The notes beneath the pieces are model-generated. The model saw only the letters and a program-made list of their open reading frames with translations. It made no database searches and was not told the DNA's origin. The position numbers and the translations under genes were made by a program. This document shows, in pieces, positions 26,403 to 40,914 of a stretch of DNA of 64,000 bases (within the stretch, counting starts at the first letter, position 1; every line of letters begins with the position of its first letter). Source of the DNA: Psilocybe cubensis (taxonomy: Eukaryota); the NCBI GenBank assembly GCA_017499595.2, contig CM038998.1, forward strand, positions 1,674,001 through 1,738,000, written 5' to 3'.

Positions 26403-28815
26403 ATGGACGCACCCACTCTCATTCTTGTTCCCCCAACTCCTCTCAGGTTCGATACTCCCTCCGCTGCTCCTTCCTCGTCCTCCTCCTCGCCATCCAGCTC
26501 TGCCCACAGGCCAACCTCTGTCCACCAGCACAGGCTCTCAAGGCAGAGCCAGCCCACCAGAGACTCGTCAGACGCTATTTACTCCATTTATTCCATGTAC
26601 GGCGATGACACAAATGCCAGAGCGAGTGTAAGCTGGACAAACCCTCCCCACAACCATGATCGGACTCGCTCAAGGGACACTATTTCTCCCCCGACAGTCA
26701 AGATCGAGCTTCCCAGGGACCGCCCCATCTCTGCAGTGACAACCAGGAGCAATGATCACTCTGACCTGGCATACTATTCACCGGAACAGGACGAGCATGT
26801 TCCTCCAGCAGCATTGGAGAAGCTCGACTCCCAGCGCGGCATGGTCGGCATGGGCGATAGCCCTCGTGGATCTCTTGCTACCACTTCCTCTGCTCGCCCT
26901 CCTTCCAGTTATGCGACGCCTTCTTCCTTACGAGCTCAATCAGATCTTTTTGAAGACCCCGGATTAGCTGGTAGTTCAAATCTCCGGAAGAGTGATCTGT
27001 CTGCCTCATCTTACACCTCAGGGCCTTCGCAGTCCAAGGAATATCGAAGAAGCGTCTCAGTCCATTCCAAACGATCTTCTCGGGGCTCACCAAGCCCTCA
27101 CCAGCACTCATCTCTGCGCGACTTGCCTCCATTACCCCCCTCAGTTCGTAACACACCTTCTCCGACCCCTTCGCGACAACCCTCTCCGTCACCCGCTCAT
27201 CCGCACATCACACCCAAGACATCCATGAACTTGAATGGAAAAATCCCCTCACCCTTCAATTCTCCGTCAAGTAAAGTCTCCCTCGTGCCGTCAGAAGGCG
27301 AAGACTTGGATGGTTTTCATGTCCGAAACACCTACGCTCAGCTCGAGGCATCAGGTGTAAGGGGAGATGGATATGAAGAGGGTGTTGAACGGACACGCGC
27401 CAGAATTGGGACGAGTAGAACTAGTCAACTGCAGGCAGAGGCTGCTCTTGCGGACGGCGATGAGAAGAAGAGGCCCCTTGACGATAAAGAAATTCAGCTT
27501 CTTAGGAGCGTTGATCGGTGAGTTCTAATTATTTAGACAGCCACTCTTCATGCATAATTAATATCACTTTTAAGATACGGTTTCTTCTCTGTCACCTCTC
27601 ATGATCGACTTATTCTTCTTAATGCTACGCCTCTTCTTAAGAAACTGACCCATACTCCTGCCGGACCCCCTACTGCTTCTGCAAATGCTACGACAGTCAA
27701 TGCATTACCTCCTGTCACAATACCTCCCAAAGAACCTTCCAGGATAGCTAAATGGACACGTATGCTAGTACCACAAAAACGTCAGCATGGCGGCAACGTT
27801 GAAACTTGGACAATACGACCATCCAAGGAAGCCAAATTTAGAGAGCGGTTATACAAGGGTATTCCCGACCGTTGGCGGAGAGCCGCCTGGGATCTCTTGA
27901 TGTGTCGGTATTCGGGCTTACCACCCCGTACGTTCGAAATTCTGGCGTTAGAGTATCGCGAGGGTCTGGAAAGACCATCACCATACGACATCCAGATAGA
28001 CCTCGATGTGCCACGGACAATCAGTGGACATATCATGTTCAGGACGAGATATGGTGCTGGGTAAGATTGCCTCGTCTTTGAGACATGCGAGGTCGCTTTA
28101 ACCATCGTAATTTATATGTGCAGACAACGGTCCCTATTCCATGTGCTTCACTCATTTTCTCTCCGATGTTCGTCTTGTGGGTATGTTCAAGGTATGGGCC
28201 CGATAGCAGCTACATTGTTGTGCTACTTCGAGCCTGAGCGCGTATACTCCTCCCTCGTGATTCTGCATGACTCATACAAGCTACATGATGTGTTCAATGC
28301 TGGATTTCCTGGTATGCTGGAAGCGATATATGTGCAAGAACGTATCATGGCTTTGACAATGCCAGCTGTATACGAGGCATTCCGTAAAAATATGATATCC
28401 ACAACATCATATGCAACCAAATGGTACATCACGCTCTTTGCAAACTCGGTACCATTCCAGACACAGCTCAGACTTTGGGATGTGTTTCTGTTGGAAGGAT
28501 ACGACGTTTTCGTTGCAATGGCAGTAGCGATTGTGTGGGTTTATCGAGGTTCGTTGTTACCTATGTTTGGGAGAGTTATGACATTCCTTCTAACATTGCA
28601 GCTCTTTGCCAGATCACATCACATCAAGCTCTGCTAACTTTGAAACCATCCTATCCCTTCTATCATCCTTCTTCGTCCCTGAAGACGAAGATGCCCTCAT
28701 GTCTTGGATCGGAACAACCCTTGGGGACAAGAAATTTCGGGGCAACATGACAAACTGGCGGCAAGCTTGGAAAAAACTTGTCGCAGAAGGCAAAGAAGGC
28801 TCTGCCCTTCTATAG
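26403..28815 (+). CDS. TBC-domain Rab GTPase-activating protein; 4 exons
   Basis: YKGIPDRWR, IDLDVPRT (Arg finger), GYVQGM (Gln finger) and LRLWDVFLLEG motifs. Long Ser/Pro-rich N-terminus. Confidence 0.95.
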
Positions 28816-29349
28816 CATGCTGGAAAAACCGTTGGCCAAGGATGTGTTTCATTGATCAATGGTTTGACACCAACTATACGCGGCGACAATACCACATGAC
28901 TTATTTTTCTCTTACACTGGTGGATTGTATGTCGATTCACCATCCTTTTCAAGTCCATGAAGTCATAGAGAACCATGGATCTTTATTTACCGCAGTGCTT
29001 GCGTGTTCTTTTACGTCTCTGGCATGGGGTGTACTTCGGTACTGGTTGCATGGGGTTACAGTTATGCATGCACATGAAACTCACTACTCTCGCTATCACA
29101 TTCTTTATCATGGATCCTTTTATTCTGACTTTGCATCGATTCATGCTGTTTTAGTATTTAAAGTGATGATCGCTACTACTTATCGTTTCTCTCTATTCAC
29201 TGTATTTTTCGCCTTTCACTGGCTCGTTCAAACGATTATCATGCGAATTCGAGGAGGATACTTTACAATTTAGAGCAAAGACACAATATAATTACACGAA
29301 TGGAACAGATAATTTTCGGACCAACGATGTAGAAACAAGCTACATGCAC

Positions 29350-31074
<1,725 letters not shown>

Positions 31075-31300
31075 TATGTTTGAGAATGGGAAGATGTGTG
31101 AGCAGCGGTGTAGGCTTGATATATCGCTTGATATCTATTTTTAGGCCATATGTGACGCATGCAGTGAAACTGGATCGTAGACTGTCTGACGGAGGGGCAA
31201 GGTATTTCATTGGGATGATTGATACATTTGAGTTGTTATTCTATGCGAGCCAATACAGGGCCAGGTCGTGTTTTACAAGTTGTGATCGGATATTACTATT

Positions 31301-33015
<1,715 letters not shown>

Positions 33016-33408
33016 GGTGAGTAGGTGGTGGAGTAGTTGAAGAAAGGGTAAAGAGATAAAAAAGTTATCGCGAATCAATCTTAGTAGGGATTGCAAATTC
33101 CCACGATGAATAACGTCGATGAGCAAGGAATGACCGCCATCGTTCGTCTTCGGACTCCCGATCAAAACCCGACGGTCGGCTCTAGTTTGCGTACCTGAGG
33201 CCATTCTCGCATTAACCTGGGTTACTCTAGTCTTAGCCCGCGTATCCTTATCGCATTATCATTCTCCATAATCCAACCTATATCTACATGTGCAAAACAC
33301 TAGCAGCCTGTGCTCCAGTAAGCGCCACAGATCCACGAATAGACAGATATCATACCGTGTCCGTCCCCCAACTTGCACACTCATCTATCAATCATCTATC
33401 GTTCAACT

Positions 33409-35738
33409 CTACAAAGCACTCTTTCTGCCACCTTTCTTTCCGACTGGCAGCGTCCTCATCAGCGCCGCTTTCGAGCGGTTCTTGTTCTTCACATTGTTTG
33501 AGGTGTAAAAGTTTGCGGGTTTACGCTGGGTGGATAATAGAGTAAGGATCAATTCATCGGAAGACCAGAGATAACATGCCTTGTTTGTTGTCATCCGAGC
33601 CTCTTTTTTATTAGCGGTGTCTTCATCTTCGGATACGCCGTCTAGAAAAAAAGATATCAGTAATATGTATCAACTCGGGATATCTGACCCACTGTCAATG
33701 GCCGCTTCTGCAGGCACAGGCCCGGAATTGATGCCTTCAAAGACATCATTCCATTTCAAGTCATCCTCATCCTCCTCATCCTCGCTATCCTCCTCTTCCA
33801 CCCCTTCTTCAGCGACAGCTGCTTCCTCTTCGGGGGCTTCAAATTCTTCTTCAATTTTCTCGATATCCTCGGGCACAAACGTGTTTTTCTGTATCAAGGT
33901 CTTTAGGTTTTGTTTTACACCCGGAACCTCCTCATTTTGAGAAGCTTTCCCCTTTCCTTTAAGGTCTTTTTTCCTCTTAATTCTAGCCTCAGCCTCGTTC
34001 AACTCTTCGGTCCTTTCCGGAGGTGGCACAAAGAATGGAATACGTCCTCGAACCCAATCGCTGAGTACGATTTTTGCAACCGAATCCAGATCTGGCTCGC
34101 CCTGTTTTAGAAGACGTCCTTTTTTGCGCGCAAGTTTGTCCAAGAAATCCTCAGGTTTCCAGCACTCAGTCGGATCGTCCTTGTTGGGCAGGGGTATGTC
34201 GTATGTTCTAGATAGATAAATAGGTTTCACCCGTGCCATAAGTGCAGGGATATGCTCGGATGGTGTAGGAAGTGCTTCCACTCGAACAACACCCTTCAAA
34301 ACAATGGAGGACTGTGAATCGTTCGATGAAGCAGGTACAACTCCGGGACAGTCAATCAAGTAGATCCTCTTGGTGAGGGTAATATATTGCCAGACCTTGA
34401 CGAGCATGTTAGCCAAATGATTCCACGACGCACATGTCATAATGGCCCACCTTAGTTTCCCCTGGCACTGGCGCAACTGTGCAAACTTTGCTACTTTTGA
34501 TGGTGTTGATAACACTACTTTTACCAACGTTGGGATATCCAATGAAACCGACAGATATTTGTTTTTTGTCAGAATGAAGCTGAGAAAACTGTCGAAGTAG
34601 TTGAATAAGAGAACCTTTCCCGAAAGAGTGGTTGGGAGAAGCATGGAAAGCGATGGTAGGATAACGAGGTGTGAGATGTTTGATGTATCGAGCCTATATT
34701 ATAGTCAATAAAAAAATCATCGCCGAAGAAAAACACTCACTGTAACCCAATTCGGGACAAGATCACACTTGTTAATGACAAGCACGACTTGCTTATGGGA
34801 CTTCTCTTTTTTAATGGATTCGAGGACAGATTCACACATTGTTCCCAACGGATCGCGGGCGTCGAGAACATGGAGGATAACGTCAGAGGAATCGATAACT
34901 TTATAAAGTTCCCCAAAGATACGGCGAGATGTTCCTTTGGCATATATTGGCTCCTTGAAGTCAGCGTGGGTTTGAGGCTCAACAACAGTGGATGCAAGAG
35001 GTTCTGTGACCGAAAAAAAGATCAGAAAATGCGGTGACTACATGAACTGCACATACCCATGACACCGGAACCAGATATCGACGCTGCCAATTCTGCTGCA
35101 TCTGCTGCCGCTGCACCCATCTTTCCAAGTTCTTCAAAAGAACCGGCATCAATTCTAGGTTTTTTCCTCTGTGCCTTGGGTCCAAAAGTCTCTGCAAAAG
35201 GTTCGGTTTCTACGATATGAGGGCGCTGTTAAGATATATAACATTAGAATTGATCCAACAAAATAAATATCACACCAAAAATCACCTTACGAAGAGCAGG
35301 GTTGGCCGCATCATCTAGAAGCGCCATGGGCAGTTTATTTCTTCGGAGAAGGACAGAATATGGGTCATCCTTTTTGGCAGCAAGACTTGTTCTAAAGTGA
35401 TCCAAAGCTGTCTGAGAGATAACTCTGGTGTTTCCTGTCGGAAGATTCTGTTCAGTCCATATTCAAGGCAAGAATCAAAGAGACGCACCAAACCATCTTC
35501 GGTCCGGCTGCACTCTTCCAGGCTTCGTCTCGTCCTCTCCTTTTTGAAAGGCCGCAGCTTGAATGATCTTTCCATCCTTGTCGCGGACAGCCTTTCCGCT
35601 GTTCAGCATCTTTAGCCGACCGACTTGTTTAGCATTGCGATAGAAATTCTCTCCTTTGACTTTAGCTAAGGAGACATTGGAAGACGAGGTCGACGACCTC
35701 GTCTTCGACTGTGAGGCTGACTTTTTTGAAGTAGCCAT
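33409..35738 (-). CDS. NOG2: Nucleolar circularly permuted GTPase Nog2
   Basis: [36 protein letters not shown] and GEPDL...[10 protein letters not shown] motifs. Acidic C-terminal tract. Confidence 0.96.
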
Positions 35739-36053
35739 ATTGGAAGGAGACCTCGAAGATTTGTTGAGGTTCAAAGTTGGCCTGGACAGACAATATAGTC
35801 AGAAAATTCTTGATTGACTATATTTTTTCCCACGCTCTCACCATCCCATCAGGTCACCGGTCACCACCCTACTTACAACTTTTGGCTGTTTGATCGTTTT
35901 GCGTTGTATATACGTATTCAAAGAACGATGATTCTTTGATCCACAAACACTCCAAAACTAATTCAGAAATGGGATACCAGGGCGATTTACTGAGCGTTCC
36001 AATACTCGACTACAAAATAGATCTATTGTAACATAAAGTCTATGAGTTTACGT

Positions 36054-39000
36054 TTACAATGCGGCGCACAACGAGCATTTCTTCGGGAGATAATTGGTCC
36101 ACAAGAGAAGCAAAGTTGTTGTAATTGTGTGCCGCCGACTCTCGGATAAAAGACAATAAATGTGCCTGTGTACATGTTATTTAGAACGACTGACTTCGTT
36201 GCTAGACATTGCTTACCTGCATATCCATTTGTGAGACAGGGTCGTTTTTCAAGTCCTCATCGTCGTTGTCATCCAGGATCTCATCGTTGTCAAAAGCCAT
36301 ACCCTTTGGTCCTAGCATGTCGGAGAGCATTGCAAATTCGTCTTGTTTGAAGCCTTGATGTGTTTCTTCTTCAGTCCAGTCTTCGTCCTGATGAAATTGC
36401 TTAGTAAACTATCGATAGCATGCTTGAAAACTTACTCCATCATCAGAGTCCACATCAAATGTCCCTCCTTGAGCAGTCAGGGTCGCTGATTCTCCGCCCG
36501 ATTGAATATCATGGAGAATGATTTTAAGCGCCTTTGCCGGGAAAGAGATGGCGGTGAATTCGTGAGGAGCTGGCAGGTGCAGAACATGTTAATAATGAAA
36601 GGTTGAATATTATGATAAGCAAAGTGCATACTCGTCTTCGTCCGCGAGCGAGTCATAATGGCTGCGGAAACAGAGATGGTATCTATTTGAAACAACATGA
36701 ATAAAAGCACTCACTATTCTTGGTCTCAGGCTTAATGATAATATTTCCTTTGACAGTTAGGTTCTGCAAGCTCGGGCGTTGCGCAGTGAATAGCTGTGTT
36801 AACGCAAGTGTGCTAACACGGGAAGGCCAAAAGCCCTGGAAGGTCTCGGCATTTTCGCACCAAGTTTGTATCAATATATCTAAAGCCGAGCGATTATCGA
36901 TATTCATGGACTCCAAGAGGGAAAGGACAGTGTCACGTTGGTTGTTGATCAGGAAGGCGAACGGAATTACAAGGCTCTATAGAAGATATTAAGATCCATG
37001 AGAACTTTAGTCATTCTACGCACCTGCAAGAAGGTAGCAGTTTTAGCACTGGTCATACGTAAAATCATTGCTTGCAGGAGTTGAGGAAGAACAGGGAGGA
37101 CAGCCTCGCCTGCTCTTCGCAAGAGATGAATAATCAAATCGCCTATTTGTAATCCACCCGATTCATCCTGGCTCTGTAAGATTTGCGCTACGAGAGAAAG
37201 AACGTAGTCAAGGCCATTCCTCCCGTTATCATCTTTCCAGGAAAGCAACTGATTGCAATCTTTGCGAATAATTACTGTTAGGCAAGCAATACCATTCTGA
37301 ACAAAAAATAAGCAGATATACAAAAACGAGGGAAAAGATACCAACTTGTAGAACATCGCGATCCTCAGCAAGGTTTAAGCAAGCAAACAAACTTGGACCA
37401 AGTAAATTGAAAAAGCCGTCTCCAAGCCCATTGTTAGGGGCACCTTTTACTAGGCTGCTCACGAGATCGATGGCAGTACTTGCGACCCAGGATTCCTCTT
37501 TCTTCGCGGTCGATATGGACGCGCTTAGGATTGGCAAGGCCTGCTTTACAGAAGTTTCGTAGATACCTGGCGCTGGAGACGATGCCAAACTTCCCATGAT
37601 ATCAGTCAGTATCGATATAAAGATGGGATCTAAGCTAAGATGAATAAGTCTGTGTTAAACTGAACATAGAGATGTCAACCTTTCGTATTTTTACTCCACA
37701 CTTCTAGAGATGCAGAGATCAAATATTCTGTGAGGTCTGGAGTTAGCCATTTCCCTTGATCAATTTCAATGACCACTGATAATGTTTCAAGGATCAATGA
37801 CAATGTATCTTCTGAAGCGATCAATAAGAATGGGCCCAGGTCTCGCGCGATCCGCGGCGCGAAAACGATAAAGGCAGAGTCTTCTCCGTCTTGACAGAAG
37901 CTAATATGGGCATTAGTATGCAAACATTGTCGGATAATAAAGAACAATTACTTGTGTACTGCTTTTACTGCTGAGATTTTGACAGGGACGCCAGAGTCCG
38001 CCGATTCCAGTACTTGAATGGCAGCTTCCAGATAATGTCCAGCGGACTGGAGGGGTAAAAGTTTCGCATATTTACTGGCAAATACAAAACCTCGGCCCTG
38101 TAGGAATGGGAAATCTGAGAAAAACGGGTTAGTATGTCTTTCGTCTGGTGGTCCAATGATTTACCAGGCTGGCTGAGAACTGGAGGAATCACGTTCGCGA
38201 GAAGGTAATCAATGTCAATGGGCTTAGGATTTCCTGATTCTTGTTCGTCTTCAATACAATCTAGAACAGACTCGGCCTGCGACCCAACTGCAGCGAGCGC
38301 CGCTTCAAGAGGCCTCCACCTTCAAAAGAGATCCATATTTTGATTTAAATGAGTGTTATGAAACGACATACCAGTCACTGTCACCTGAATTGTGAGCCTG
38401 TTCTGAAGTTCGTATAACCTGTTCTAGGCTGAGTTGTATCGATTTTGTAGTTTGTAATGCTGTGCGTTCAATTAATGCCTGTAAAACGGATAAGAACGGC
38501 ATCAATTAAACAGAAAATTGACGTACCCCAAGCAGGTCAAACCCAGCTACTCTGACACTGTATGCCTGTGTTTCGTCTTCTTCTTGAGCAACAAAGTCAT
38601 TGGCGTTATTGGTCCATGTCTCCACCTGGAATAATAAGTCAGATACTCGCTTTCATCATCGGTTCAAAAACATTCACGTCGTCATCTGTCATTTGGACAA
38701 AGGCGAACACTGAGGAGACAACAGCTGCAACATTTTCGTCGACAATCCAATCCTTTCCTTTTCCACCTCTAATTACTGCAGCGAGGAAGTCGATGATTGG
38801 ACACAACAGTTGAGGGAGTTCAATGGGTTCATCTTCCGAAGAATTAGGGACGGATTCAGCCGCCGCCAGGTAGTAAGTCGAGAAGGTCGGGTACAGGGAA
38901 CGGAGATTGTTTAGCGATGCATTTAAGAAATCAGATAGGTGAGGGACAAGAGCCCTTGGGAAAGAGGTGTGCAATGTGTCCAGAGTCTGGAAGAAAGCCA

Positions 39001-40104
39001 TAAGCATACAGCATTTGATGAATTAATTATTTACCTTGAATACTTGTATTCTTACTGCTAGACCGTCCCAAGTAGAGTTGTTGGCAATATCATGGAGAGG
39101 ATCGATGTTAAGCAGAACCTTGAAGGCCTCTAACCAAATAGGTAGAACAGATGCAACAGCCTCTTTGACCGATTGCGGGTGTTGATCTTTCACCATGAAC
39201 AGGGCTGTGACGCATTGACGGAAAACGGATACTGTCCTTGCCCTGGTTAGTGCTGAATGAGCCTATATAACGTTTCAAGTTAGACGCAGGAAAGCGACAA
39301 GCGTAGAATCCATTACCTCCGATGCTCCTAATATACCAAGCAAAACAGGAAGAAGTTGACGAAGAACTGGGAGAATTTGATCTTCTGTCAGATCCGACTT
39401 GATGAACTCGGTCAAAACTTGCATAGCGCCATGTACGGAATCAGCGGAACCCGATGACAGAAGACCAATTAATGATGTCAATAGCTCTGGATATTCATCG
39501 GGCCAATCACAGTTTGCAATAGAAGAGAGGGTATGTGCCTGCAGGGTATCTGGTGAGTTAATAAGCTGTGAACGGGCGGAAAGCACTCACAGATAGGCTT
39601 CGTATCTTTCGATCTTGATCTGAGAGTCCGCGGAAGACAGCTTCTCGGATTTGTGATTTAATCTAGTAGGATATAATTCGAAAGGTAGAATAATACAAAG
39701 TGAATACATGAGCATACCTCTACATTAGGCGCCGAGCCTTTGAATGTTTGGAAATAAGGTGACCACCTTTCCCGAACATATTTTCGCAGTGCAATGCTAG
39801 CAGAGTAGAGAGAGATCGATCATCAGGATCTCGCGGACACGTAAACAGAAACATTGGTGACTCATCTGTCGGAGGGATTGTTCAGCATCTTGTGATAGAA
39901 CAAGGCGCGAAAGAGACAGTCCAGTATCTATTTGACGCGAATGGCCAGATACAGGTTAACAGTGCTCTGCAACTATAGAAGTACCAAAAAGTGCGCGCCT
40001 GAACGAGTGAAAAGTTCTGCCAAACTGAGCTCAGCCGCAATACGAGTATTTGTATCAGGACTCAGCGTCCCGGAAAGGGTTTGTGCAATCTCAGAGGTGG
40101 CCAT
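36054..40104 (-). CDS. KAP114: Importin-9 / Kap114 (importin-beta family HEAT repeats); many exons, first two introns non-canonical
   Basis: IBN_N domain LSPDTNTRIAAELSL...LRQ/SASIALRKYVRERWSP, IANCDWPDEYPEL, WTNNANDFVAQEEDE, and IMTRSRTK/..PHEFT near the C-terminus. Confidence 0.93.
39805..39865 (-). other. Predicted AT-AC intron (intron 2 of importin-9)
   Basis: CAG|ATGAGT...CCTGAT...CTCTAC|TCT. The only plausible splice that restores the frame LRQ-SASIALRKYV. Confidence 0.75.
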
Positions 40105-40222
40105 GACGCTAGAAATCCGAAGAACGTCTACAAAACAATCATTGTTGTGCCAAAATGTCAGCACAGATGGACACTACGGTCACATCACGTGAAGAGCGCG
40201 TCTCGAGTGTCACAACTCACAA

Positions 40223-40370
40223 TTTTTTTTGTTGTTGTTGTTGCAGAGTTGGTCTCCGACATCGGCTTACTCGACCGCACATATAGTGCCGTTTCACCGT
40301 AGGGAACATCTTAGCACGCTCGTTCTAGGGGCAGTGTAGGACTGAACCCCACTGTACCATCAACAGCCAC
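40223..40370 (-). mobile_element. Candidate SINE-like / retroposed structured RNA with (CAA)n-A8 tail
   Basis: A-box-like TGGCTGTTGATGG, B-box-like GGTTCAGTCC, consecutive hairpins, then CAACAACAACAACAAAAAAAA. No clear TSD. Confidence 0.3.
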
Positions 40371-40914
40371 ATTTAAGATTGGAGTTTTACTGCATAGTTG
40401 AAAATATTGTCAAAAAAGTCTAGATTGTGTGCCATTGTGTTTAATCCATCGTCGACATACATGTTTGGCATGTTCAAGGCTCAAGTCAATGATTACTTAT
40501 ATATTAACGATATGGTCTGAATTCGTTGACGTCTATTTGGTTCTCCGCAATTTCGACAGGTCCGCCCACTGAGCTTGGACCTTCTGCACCTGTTAAGGCT
40601 TTGGTAGACTAACTTTTCCTTTGGCGTGAATTGAATATGCGAAAAGGCGGGCAAAAGCGAAGCGTTGCCTGACTTGTATATATTCTTCGTTGCCTTTGGT
40701 TAGTTCCTTCAAATGCTACTAATGAACATCTGGTCAATGATAGTAATGTGTTATTGTGACTTATATGTTCGCATCACGTGAAAAATGTCACGCGCGATAG
40801 TGTAAATTGGCGTGGTGGGCCCTTCCTTCAATTACTTTTCACCTGTCTTCGCCATTACAGACAATCTGCCGAATTGTCTCTGGAAATTCATACACTTTCT
40901 GCATATATTTACGT

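Noticed and set aside
28704-29273. 189-aa ORF downstream of the TBC gene
   Set aside because: It overlaps the TBC last exon out of frame and runs through T-rich 3' UTR-like sequence; no protein features.
39805-39865. Interpreting the AT-AC intron as U12-type
   Set aside because: It lacks the ATATCCTT donor and TCCTTAAC branch consensus; its signals look U2-type.
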